A stretch of DNA of 64,000 nucleotides from Oligoflexia bacterium (GTDB lineage: Bacteria > Bdellovibrionota > UBA1018), in NCBI GenBank assembly GCA_963758495.1, contig CAVWVI010000002.1:1-64000 (forward strand), given 5' to 3'. The position numbers and the translations under genes are program-made. The notes beneath the pieces are model-generated. The model was not told the origin of the DNA and did not search any database. It worked only from the letters and a program-made list of their open reading frames with translations. Every line of letters begins with the position of its first letter. Position 1 is the stretch's first letter. Positions 56,399 to 64,000 of this stretch are shown piece after piece.

Positions 56399-57964
56399 AT
56401 GAATCCAAAAAGATTTGGAATAGTAGGTGTTATTTTAGTTCTCATTCTGGGATTATTTGCCAGTTATTATCCGGTTTTTTTGTCTGGATTCAAAAATATT
56501 CCTGGCGATGCAGGAGATGCAAGGTTTTGTCATTTTATATTTGAATATGGATATCGATGGATATCAGGTCAAACCCATGGACTGAGTTTTTGGAATCCCC
56601 CCATCTTCTATCCAGTAACTAATACGATGGCCTATTCGGACGTACTTTTAGGAGCGGCCCCCCTTTACTGGGCTTTGAGATGGGTTGGAGCTACAGAAAA
56701 TAGTGCTTATTTGCTGTGGATGATAGGAGTGTCATCACTCAATTTTCTATTTTTCTACGTTTGGCTGAGACGAACTTTAAAGTTTAACTGGGATAGCTCA
56801 GTATCAGGAGCTTTCCTGTTTGCCTTTGCGAGTTCAAGATTGAATTTTCTGGGTCATCCTCAACTTCTTCCTGTATTTTATGCTCCACTTGCAGCCATTG
56901 CTATTACTGAATTGTTTAGAACCTCACTGAAAGCAAAACGGCGTATTTGGGAAGCCGTTCTTTTCTTTTCGGTTGTTGCTCAGCTTTATGCTGGATTTTA
57001 CATGGGTTGGTTTTTGGGATTAAGTCTGTTGATAGGGTTTTTACTAGGTCTTATCTGGAAAAAAACGAGATTCCATCTTCTGAAAGTCTTAAAAGAGGAT
57101 GGGATGACTATTATTCTTCTGAGTTTGATGAGTGGAGTGGTTCTCTATCCCATGGCTTCGCACTATCTGGCCGCTGCCAGGCAATTGGGGTTGCGCACTT
57201 TAGAAAATATTCGGGAGCCAAAAATTCAATCCTGGTTTTATATGGGAGAGGGAAGCTTCCTTTATAGCTGGCAAGAAAAAATTCGAGGGTTTCAAGTCAT
57301 TGCTGATCATGAGCAGCGATTAGGAATAGGACTTCTTACACTCATTTTTTCCATTGTAGGATTAATCAAAACGCGGGATAAAATCTCATCCAAAATTCTT
57401 GCTGGGATATTATTCATTTTTTTCTTATGTACTACCTCTTTTTTTAGAAATGGAACCCTTTGGAGGTTTTTGTTTCCATTCGTGCCTGGAGCGGGTGCAA
57501 TTCGAGCGCTTTCGAGAGTGGGACTTGCAATGCTTTTTATTTTTTCATATGGAGTCTCAAGTTTTCTAGAAAGCAATAAAAAGAAGTCATCGTTATTGAT
57601 CCTTCTCCTTATGCTTTTTTTTATGGAGCAAATGAGGTTAATTCCAGTATTTGACTCCTCGATTTCAGATCAGCGAGTTCAAGAAATTGCCTCTAGGGTG
57701 GCTAGTGATTGTCAGAGCTTTTATATTGCACCCGTTCAGGGTTATTTTAAAAATGTAGAATTAACCATGGATGCGATGTGGGCTACCCTCAAACATCCTT
57801 CTGGGAAAATAATTCCTACTATTAACGGCTATTCTGGTAATAATCCCCCAGGCTGGCGGGGTGGTGAGATGACTGCTGAAACCTCATCAATGAAGGCGAA
57901 CTGGATTCAGTTTTGGATTGATTCTCATAGTCTTGAACTCAGTAAAACTTGTATTCTGCATTAA
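56399..57964 (+). CDS. Polytopic membrane protein, GT-C/YfhO-like glycosyltransferase
   Basis: Many TM segments; GDAGD, IFYP..NT.AYSD, HPQL and INGYSG motifs. Confidence 0.6.
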   Translation: MNPKRFGIVGVILVLILGLFASYYPVFLSGFKNIPGDAGDARFCHFIFEYGYRWISGQTHGLSFWNPPIFYPVTNTMAYSDVLLGAAPLYWALRWVGATENSAYLLWMIGVSSLNFLFFYVWLRRTLKFNWDSSVSGAFLFAFASSRLNFLGHPQLLPVFYAPLAAIAITELFRTSLKAKRRIWEAVLFFSVVAQLYAGFYMGWFLGLSLLIGFLLGLIWKKTRFHLLKVLKEDGMTIILLSLMSGVVLYPMASHYLAAARQLGLRTLENIREPKIQSWFYMGEGSFLYSWQEKIRGFQVIADHEQRLGIGLLTLIFSIVGLIKTRDKISSKILAGILFIFFLCTTSFFRNGTLWRFLFPFVPGAGAIRALSRVGLAMLFIFSYGVSSFLESNKKKSSLLILLLMLFFMEQMRLIPVFDSSISDQRVQEIASRVASDCQSFYIAPVQGYFKNVELTMDAMWATLKHPSGKIIPTINGYSGNNPPGWRGGEMTAETSSMKANWIQFWIDSHSLELSKTCILH

Positions 57965-58042
57965 CAAAGAAAGAGCCCCATCAAAGTCTTCTCTTTTTTA
58001 TCAAGTGATTAGCAGAGAAGGCTCATCAGGGGCTTTGATTCG

Positions 58043-58336
58043 TTAAGCCGCTTCTTCGTATTCTGAAGCATGCCAGAGATCGAACAAAATTTTTCCTTTT
58101 TCATTTCGTAGCCATTTAGATGCGTGATCAGGGGGGTCTTGACCTAAGCATTTTTGAGCAAAGGCATGAATGGTCAAAGTTTCCTTGCCTGCAATGACTT
58201 TAAATTCTCCATTAGGTTGTTTTGCGACCTTACAGCTTTTACTCGGATCGCTTACATAGAAAAGGGTTTGCCCCTCAGATACTAATCCTTCATGAACAAG
58301 ATGGGTTAAGTCAAATTTATTTTTCTTTTTGGACAC
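58043..58336 (-). CDS. Small basic protein, possibly RAMA-domain-like
   Basis: GTG start with AGGAGG SD; LVHEGLVSEGQTL...W...GKILFDL pattern. Confidence 0.55.
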   Translation of the reverse strand: MSKKKNKFDLTHLVHEGLVSEGQTLFYVSDPSKSCKVAKQPNGEFKVIAGKETLTIHAFAQKCLGQDPPDHASKWLRNEKGKILFDLWHASEYEEAA

Positions 58337-58429
58337 GTGGTAAATCCTCCTGTTTTCCTTATCGGCAACTTTTGCTAGGTGTTTAATGCCCATCGTGAAA
58401 TTTGTATGGATTGAGATAAGATATTCAAG

Positions 58430-59398
58430 ATGACCTTAATCGAATCCTTTGAGCCGACTCTACATTCGTCTTTCAAGTTCGATACGATTACTGCCCGCAA
58501 TGCCTTAAATGAATACACTATCCTTTTGGATCTTTGCTTTTCGGTACCGAGAGGGCAACGGTTCTTTGATGACTTTCCAGTTTGGGATCCAAAGCTGAAA
58601 GTAGGGTCTGTATTTAGGGCGGGGATTTTTGAAAAGGAAAAATTGATTTCTTCCGCGGCTGTGCGTCTCGCTGAGCTAAAGACTGGATGGGGAAACATTC
58701 CTTTAAATGTGGCGATCATTGGCGCTGTGGTTACTCACCCCGACTGGAGAGGAAAGGGGCTCGCTTCTCGAGCCGTCTCCTTAGTGCTGCAATGGGCAAG
58801 GGAGCATCATGCAAGCCTCGCTCTTCTTTGGAGCTCAGAACACAGCTTTTATCAAAAATTTGGATTTGAACTTTGTGGTCGTCAAGTTCAGCTACCCTTG
58901 GTTGAAATCTCTTCAGCGACTCAGACCGAAATAAAAATTCATCAAGGATGGAATCATAGGTTATTTGAGTTGTTTCAGAAGCGACCGGAGGGGCTGGTTT
59001 TAAAGAATGAAGATCGAATTTGGTTCGAGTCGCATAAAAATGTCTCATGGTTTTATACTGGAAGTCCGAACTATCCAGAAGCATATGTGGCTTTGGGTCG
59101 AGGAATCGATCTTTCGGGAGTGATTCATGAGTGGGGCGGGAATCCGATACAGGTGATGGCGATCTTCCATTATATAAAGAATAATAATAAAGATATCTCC
59201 ATACTGGGTTCTCCAGAGCACTTTCGTAAATGGGGTATTTGTTTCAAGCCCCAACAGATTGAACCTCTCTGTATGTTAAAAATTTTGGATGAGAGGGTAT
59301 TGACAAAACTGATATGGGGTTCCGAGCAGCTGAAGCAAGAGATGAAATCAGGACTATTTCCTTTGCCGTTGTGGATTTGGGGGTTAGATGCTGCGTAA
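58430..59398 (+). CDS. GNAT-family acetyltransferase
   Basis: IGAVVTHPDWRGKGLAS and FYQKFGF motifs. Confidence 0.85.
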   Translation: MTLIESFEPTLHSSFKFDTITARNALNEYTILLDLCFSVPRGQRFFDDFPVWDPKLKVGSVFRAGIFEKEKLISSAAVRLAELKTGWGNIPLNVAIIGAVVTHPDWRGKGLASRAVSLVLQWAREHHASLALLWSSEHSFYQKFGFELCGRQVQLPLVEISSATQTEIKIHQGWNHRLFELFQKRPEGLVLKNEDRIWFESHKNVSWFYTGSPNYPEAYVALGRGIDLSGVIHEWGGNPIQVMAIFHYIKNNNKDISILGSPEHFRKWGICFKPQQIEPLCMLKILDERVLTKLIWGSEQLKQEMKSGLFPLPLWIWGLDAA

Positions 59399-59462
59399 TA
59401 AGTCGACAGAGAGATTAGTCTTCTGCTGGTTTAATGATCAATTTCATGGCAGGTAACATAGG

Positions 59463-60272
59463 GTGAAGCAATATATAACGAGAGTACTTAAGTCGGTCGC
59501 TGGATTCTTCCTGATGTTTCCTGTTCTTTATATTTTGTTAGTCGCTACACTCTTCGATATTCCATTAAGCGCTTGTGTAGGGATTCTTTTATCACCTTTT
59601 TATTATGTGGTCTCACTTTTTGTTGTAATCGCAGGCTATGGACTTTGGGAAATGCGACGTTGGTCTTGGTATATTGTGGTTATTTCACAGATTTTGGTGT
59701 GCTATGAAAATGCACTTCTAGTTCATGAGTATGCAGAGAGTCATCATAAGATTCTTGCATTTTTAATCTCAACTTTCCTTCAATTTGTATTGGTTTTACG
59801 AGTATCTCAAGAAATTCGTGTCCCTTATCTTTTTCCACGAATTCGTTGGTGGGAGAGTAATCCACGGTTTAAGCTCTCATTACCGGTCGTATTAATTAGA
59901 AAAAATGGAGAAAAGCAAGAAGGAGAAATTTTAGATCTTTCAATGGCAGGGTGCTTTATCAAATTACGTTCTGAGCTTAATTTAGACGAAAAATTAACAC
60001 TTAATTTCAGTGCTTTTGGTCATGAAGTTCGATGTGACGGCACTGTAGTGTGGTGTGCACACAGTGCTGTCACTCATCCTAAAGGAGTGGGAATTAAATT
60101 AAGTCTACTTTCAAAAGAACAAAAGCGGGCCTTGCGAATCATTTGTCGCAGATTACGAAAGATTGGCGCCCTTTATCGGAGCTCGCGATATTTAATCAGT
60201 CAGGATGAGTTTTTAAAAAAGCTTGAGGAGCTCGAAACCAAAGAACGAGGAAGCATTCCTTTAAAATCATGA
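59463..60272 (+). CDS. Membrane protein with a PilZ domain
   Basis: About 4 TM segments, then PRF...ILDLSMAGCFI and GVGIKL; GTG start. Confidence 0.8.
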   Translation: MKQYITRVLKSVAGFFLMFPVLYILLVATLFDIPLSACVGILLSPFYYVVSLFVVIAGYGLWEMRRWSWYIVVISQILVCYENALLVHEYAESHHKILAFLISTFLQFVLVLRVSQEIRVPYLFPRIRWWESNPRFKLSLPVVLIRKNGEKQEGEILDLSMAGCFIKLRSELNLDEKLTLNFSAFGHEVRCDGTVVWCAHSAVTHPKGVGIKLSLLSKEQKRALRIICRRLRKIGALYRSSRYLISQDEFLKKLEELETKERGSIPLKS

Positions 60273-60733
60273 GCAACATAGACTTTGATCCATCGTGGAT
60301 GAGTGATGCGTTGAGGTTGGCTGAAAAAGCCGCACAAGAAGACGAAGTGCCAGTCGGCGCGATTGTGATTCACGAGGGAAAAGTCATTGGGCAAGGTTAT
60401 AATAGACGTGAACAACAAAATAATCCGATTGCTCATGCTGAAATGATTGCAATTGAAGAAGCTTCTCGTTGCCTCGGAAGCTGGAGACTCATCCAATGTT
60501 TACTTGTAGTCACATTAGAACCCTGTCCGATGTGCCTTGCGGCTTCCCAACAAGCGCGAATGGGTGGAATTGTCTATGGTGCCACTGATCCCAAAGGCGG
60601 TGCTTTGAGTATGGGTTATAAGCTCAATGAAGATTTGCGGACAAATCATCGTTTTCCTGTTACCTACCGAGAAACTCCTGAGTGCAGTCAAATCCTTTCA
60701 TCGTTTTTTGCTAAAAGACGGCTTTTAAAATGA
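60269..60733 (+). CDS. tadA: tRNA-specific adenosine deaminase
   Basis: EVPVGA, HAE, TLEPCPMC and FFAKRR motifs. Confidence 0.9.
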   Translation: MSNIDFDPSWMSDALRLAEKAAQEDEVPVGAIVIHEGKVIGQGYNRREQQNNPIAHAEMIAIEEASRCLGSWRLIQCLLVVTLEPCPMCLAASQQARMGGIVYGATDPKGGALSMGYKLNEDLRTNHRFPVTYRETPECSQILSSFFAKRRLLK

Positions 60734-60762
60734 GCGGACTAGAGGTAAGCACTGCTAAGGAA

Positions 60763-62355
60763 TTATTTACGCTGTTTCGACGAAATCCTGCTCATTGCTC
60801 GCTCGGTCATTGCGGTAATCGTGAGGCTTGGGTTTACACCTAAATTGGCTGGGATCACAGATCCATCACAAATATATAAGCCGGGATAACCGAAGACTTG
60901 ATGATTTTGATCGATAACACCTGTCTCGCTATTCATTCCAATTCCACAGCCACCTAAGATATGGGCAGTGGTCGGTATATTGAGTAACACTTCATTCACA
61001 GCACTTTGAGGGATTCCGCGGACCTTTTTAGCAAAAGCTCGTGCTATCTGGTTGGCGATGGGAATATAGGTGGGCACTTTAATACTTCCATTTTGTTCAG
61101 TCGTGATCATTCTTCTTCTAAAAAATGTGAATAAGCTTCTACCCAGTTTAAATCTAATCTTATTATCTACCGTTTGCATAATGAGTAAAATGATGCTTGA
61201 TTTTGCCCAATTTAAATTAAAAATGAGCCTGAGTGTGATGAGTGGGAAACGAAAAAGAGTGTAGATGAGTTTTAAGGGTCTTGGAAAGTGGGTTCCCCCA
61301 TCCACCATAGGAGCAGCTAGAAGTCTCATAAAGCTTGAACCTTGTGGATAGTGCACGGGCTCAACGTGAGTGTGGTCATCAGGGTGAAAAATGGAAGTAA
61401 TGGCAACTCCTTCCGAATAGTCATTTTTTTTGTGAGTACCGACTTCACTCACTCCAACTAGGGCTTCACTATTGGTACGAACGTCAAAGCCGAGCCGATC
61501 AGATAAGTCAGGTAGGGTCCCAGAAATTTGCTTACATTTTAAAAGGAGATTTAAGGTGCCTAACACTCCAGCAGCTACAATGACGTTTTTCGCGTGTAGT
61601 ACTTTGGGAGATCGATTGAACCAAGCGGTGGATTGAACCGTATGAACTTCGAAGCCGGAGGGTAAAGGTTTGATGGTTTCTACCTGAGTTTCTGCAACAA
61701 TTTTGACTCCCAGTTTTTCTGCAAAATAGAGGTAGTTTTTTACTAAAGTGTTTTTTGCATTGTGTCGACACCCGACCATGCAGCCACCACAGTAGGTACA
61801 TCCGGCTCGATCTGGACCTTTACCATTAAAGTAAGGATCGGCGACTGTTTTTCCAGGCTCTCCAAAAAAGACTCCCACTTCCGCAGGTTTGAATGTTTTT
61901 TCTCTACCCAAATCCTTTGCACAATCCTGAAGAATTCTGTCTGCCGCTGTTAACTTGGGGTTGGTGACGACTCCCAGCATGCTTTTAGCGGTGGCATAGT
62001 GGGGTTTTAGTTCTTTTTTCCAATCTGCAATGTTTTTCCAGATGGGAGATTGATAGAAATCATCTTGAGGTTCAAGCAATGTATTGGCGTATACGAGGCT
62101 TCCTCCGCCCACACCCGTGCCAGATAGAATCAAAATATTTTTGAATAGACTCAGGTTTTGAATGCCAAAACACTTGAGTATAGGCATCCACAGGTAACGA
62201 CGGAGGTTCCAGTTGGATTTGGCAAAGTCGGAATCATTAAAACGCTTGCCTCTTTCTAGTATGCAAACAGAATAACCCTTTTCAGCCAATCGAAGGGCTG
62301 ACACACTGCCCCCAAATCCTGATCCAATTATTATAAAATCAAAGTCGAATGCCAT
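60763..62355 (-). CDS. GMC oxidoreductase (cholesterol oxidase ChoD-like)
   Basis: IGSGFGGSV, GGGSLVYAN, CTYCGGCMVGC, TAHILGG and GVNPSLTI motifs. Confidence 0.88.
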   Translation of the reverse strand: MAFDFDFIIIGSGFGGSVSALRLAEKGYSVCILERGKRFNDSDFAKSNWNLRRYLWMPILKCFGIQNLSLFKNILILSGTGVGGGSLVYANTLLEPQDDFYQSPIWKNIADWKKELKPHYATAKSMLGVVTNPKLTAADRILQDCAKDLGREKTFKPAEVGVFFGEPGKTVADPYFNGKGPDRAGCTYCGGCMVGCRHNAKNTLVKNYLYFAEKLGVKIVAETQVETIKPLPSGFEVHTVQSTAWFNRSPKVLHAKNVIVAAGVLGTLNLLLKCKQISGTLPDLSDRLGFDVRTNSEALVGVSEVGTHKKNDYSEGVAITSIFHPDDHTHVEPVHYPQGSSFMRLLAAPMVDGGTHFPRPLKLIYTLFRFPLITLRLIFNLNWAKSSIILLIMQTVDNKIRFKLGRSLFTFFRRRMITTEQNGSIKVPTYIPIANQIARAFAKKVRGIPQSAVNEVLLNIPTTAHILGGCGIGMNSETGVIDQNHQVFGYPGLYICDGSVIPANLGVNPSLTITAMTERAMSRISSKQRK

Positions 62356-62373
62356 TCATCTTGTGATTAACTC

Positions 62374-62847
62374 ATGGTAGATCCAACTGCAATTATGATG
62401 TTAAAAATCCATTTTGCCAGTCTTTCCATTGGGGCCTCAGTAGATCAACAAACAGGAAATCTATCGGTATTTGATGTCGTAGAAGAAGTGCGCACACCTC
62501 AAGTGCCGATTCATCTTCAATCATTGGTCATCTCGCTAGCTTTAGAAAAGCTAGAAGCAATTGATTACTCTGGAAAAATGGTCATTCATCTGATTACCCC
62601 CGATGGCCAGCAGCAAATTGTAGGTACGGGGGATATGAGAATTCCTCTCGAACAAAAGAGAATGAAGGCAGTATTTCGATTTGGGGGGTTTCCTCTTTCT
62701 CATTTTGGTTCACATCGTTTTGTTCTTTCCTGTTTGAACAATTCAGGAGTTAAAATAGCAGAATGGATTCTCGATTTTGATGTCATACAGGTGACTCAAG
62801 TGGCGCAGGGTGTCGCGCCGTATGAAAAACCGCCTATAGCACATTAA
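62374..62847 (+). CDS. Hypothetical beta-rich protein
   Basis: Intact 157-aa ORF; DQQTGNLSVFDV motif. Confidence 0.6.
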   Translation: MVDPTAIMMLKIHFASLSIGASVDQQTGNLSVFDVVEEVRTPQVPIHLQSLVISLALEKLEAIDYSGKMVIHLITPDGQQQIVGTGDMRIPLEQKRMKAVFRFGGFPLSHFGSHRFVLSCLNNSGVKIAEWILDFDVIQVTQVAQGVAPYEKPPIAH

Positions 62848-62893
62848 AACCTAATCGAGAGAACGAATCGAATTCAAAAGGAGACCTGTCATA

Positions 62894-63538
62894 ATGAAGA
62901 AACAGAATATTGATTTGAAGTCTTTTATTGGAATAAGCGTCTTTTCAGCTTTATCTGTCTGTCAAGTGAGTTTTGCCTCGGAATATAAAATTGATTCTTC
63001 ACATTCCAACGTGGGATTCATAGCTCGCCACCTTGTGAGTAAAGTGAATGGTGAATTCAAGGAGTTTGATGGCACATTTTCATTTGATGCAAATAAGCCA
63101 GAAGATTCTAAAGTCACAGCAAAAGTTACAGTTGCGAGCATAAATACGAATGAAAAAAAGCGAGATCAACATTTGCTCTCTGATGACTTTTTCTCACAAA
63201 AAAAATTCCCAACCGTGACTTTCGTAAGCACGCAGGTGATTCCTAACGGCGACAAGAAATATAAGATGAATGGAAATCTTACCATGCATGGAAACACCAA
63301 GCCTGTGACCTTTGATGTAGAGTTTTTAGGTGAGACGGATGACCCATGGGGTGGACATCGTGCAGGATTTTCCGCAACAACTCAAATTAATCGGAAAGAC
63401 TTCGGAATTAATTGGAATAAAGCTCTAGATAAAGGCGGTTTTGTTCTAGGTGATGAGGTTGTGATTAACTTGAATGTTGAAGCTCTTCAGCAGACGGCAG
63501 AAATGCTGAAGTCAGATCAAAAGAAAAAAATCAATTAG
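62894..63538 (+). CDS. YceI-family periplasmic lipid-binding protein
   Basis: Signal peptide; HSNVGF, RDQHL..DDFF, GNLTMHG and INRKDFGI motifs. Confidence 0.92.
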   Translation: MKKQNIDLKSFIGISVFSALSVCQVSFASEYKIDSSHSNVGFIARHLVSKVNGEFKEFDGTFSFDANKPEDSKVTAKVTVASINTNEKKRDQHLLSDDFFSQKKFPTVTFVSTQVIPNGDKKYKMNGNLTMHGNTKPVTFDVEFLGETDDPWGGHRAGFSATTQINRKDFGINWNKALDKGGFVLGDEVVINLNVEALQQTAEMLKSDQKKKIN

Positions 63539-63772
63539 AGCTCGACGACTGCGCCGCCCGATAAGATGGGCGTGACTTTAAGATGAGTTGTATTTGGAAA
63601 ATAATGAATTCCTAAGTGAAGTCCTCTCTAGTGGTGACTGACTCCAATTCCAAAAAAGCCAAACGTGGAATTGTAAGTAATCCCACCGGAGAGGACATTT
63701 CCAGTCGTTTGTTTATGGGGATTGTAAACCCAAGAGAGGTCTGATTCCAGCTGCGCGTCTTTAATAAATAGA

Positions 63773-64000
63773 TTAGCCTACAATGGAGACATTGCCAAGT
63801 AGAGCGTATTCCGGTCCGTAATATCCTTGCCCATAGGCACTTTCGCTTGAAAAATAAGCCCAATTGACCTTAGATTTCGAAAGGCGAATTTCCCGGAAAT
63901 TTTCCGCAATGGATCCGGAGAGAGAGCCCCCTTTAATATGACGAATAGTTCCATTTTTGTTGTCATAGAGTTTAGCAAGGCGAATCTCACTACTGAATGT
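63773..64000 (-). CDS. C-terminal end of a TldD/PmbA-family protein (runs off the window; not in the ORF track)
   Basis: Frame reads TFSSEIRLAKLYD...IKGGSLSGSI...IRLS...GPEYALLGNVSIVG*. Confidence 0.65.
   Translation of the reverse strand, partial: TFSSEIRLAKLYDNKNGTIRHIKGGSLSGSIAENFREIRLSKSKVNWAYFSSESAYGQGYYGPEYALLGNVSIVG

Noticed and set aside
63612..63990. The two short minus-strand ORFs in the track
   Set aside because: A third frame encodes a recognisable TldD/PmbA C-terminus

Overview
A 64 kb AT-rich bacterial chromosome segment. A Bdellovibrionota/Oligoflexia-like origin is inferred from the three tandem MGLRIxTN-type flagellins, a RomR homologue and CheX modules. The most notable region is 3.6-15.3 kb. 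It encodes a giant 2553-aa secreted protein ending in a gingipain-type C25 peptidase and a C-terminal sorting tail. Next to it is a RiPP-like cassette: a Ser/His S24/S26 peptidase, a 52-aa precursor with a YxxPxL leader, two Cys and a C-terminal Ser, an HprK-like kinase, a PqqD/RRE protein, a radical SAM/SPASM enzyme and a nucleotidyltransferase. No lasso cyclase is present. The rest holds an FTR1 iron permease with a Fur-like box, cydAB, cbpA/cbpM, a sigma28-linked CheY/CheX module and three paralogous secreted Cys proteins. Housekeeping genes include an SNF2 helicase, rsmE, udk, rnj, rph, nadC, birA, romR and tadA. There is also a probable 6S RNA, a flagellin array with a sigma28 promoter and GGA-hairpin (CsrA-type) leaders, a secreted kinase-ankyrin protein and a hipA remnant. 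A dispersed ~101-bp palindromic element occurs several times, once as an in-frame remnant inside a coding sequence. All calls come from reading motifs by eye; no searches were run.
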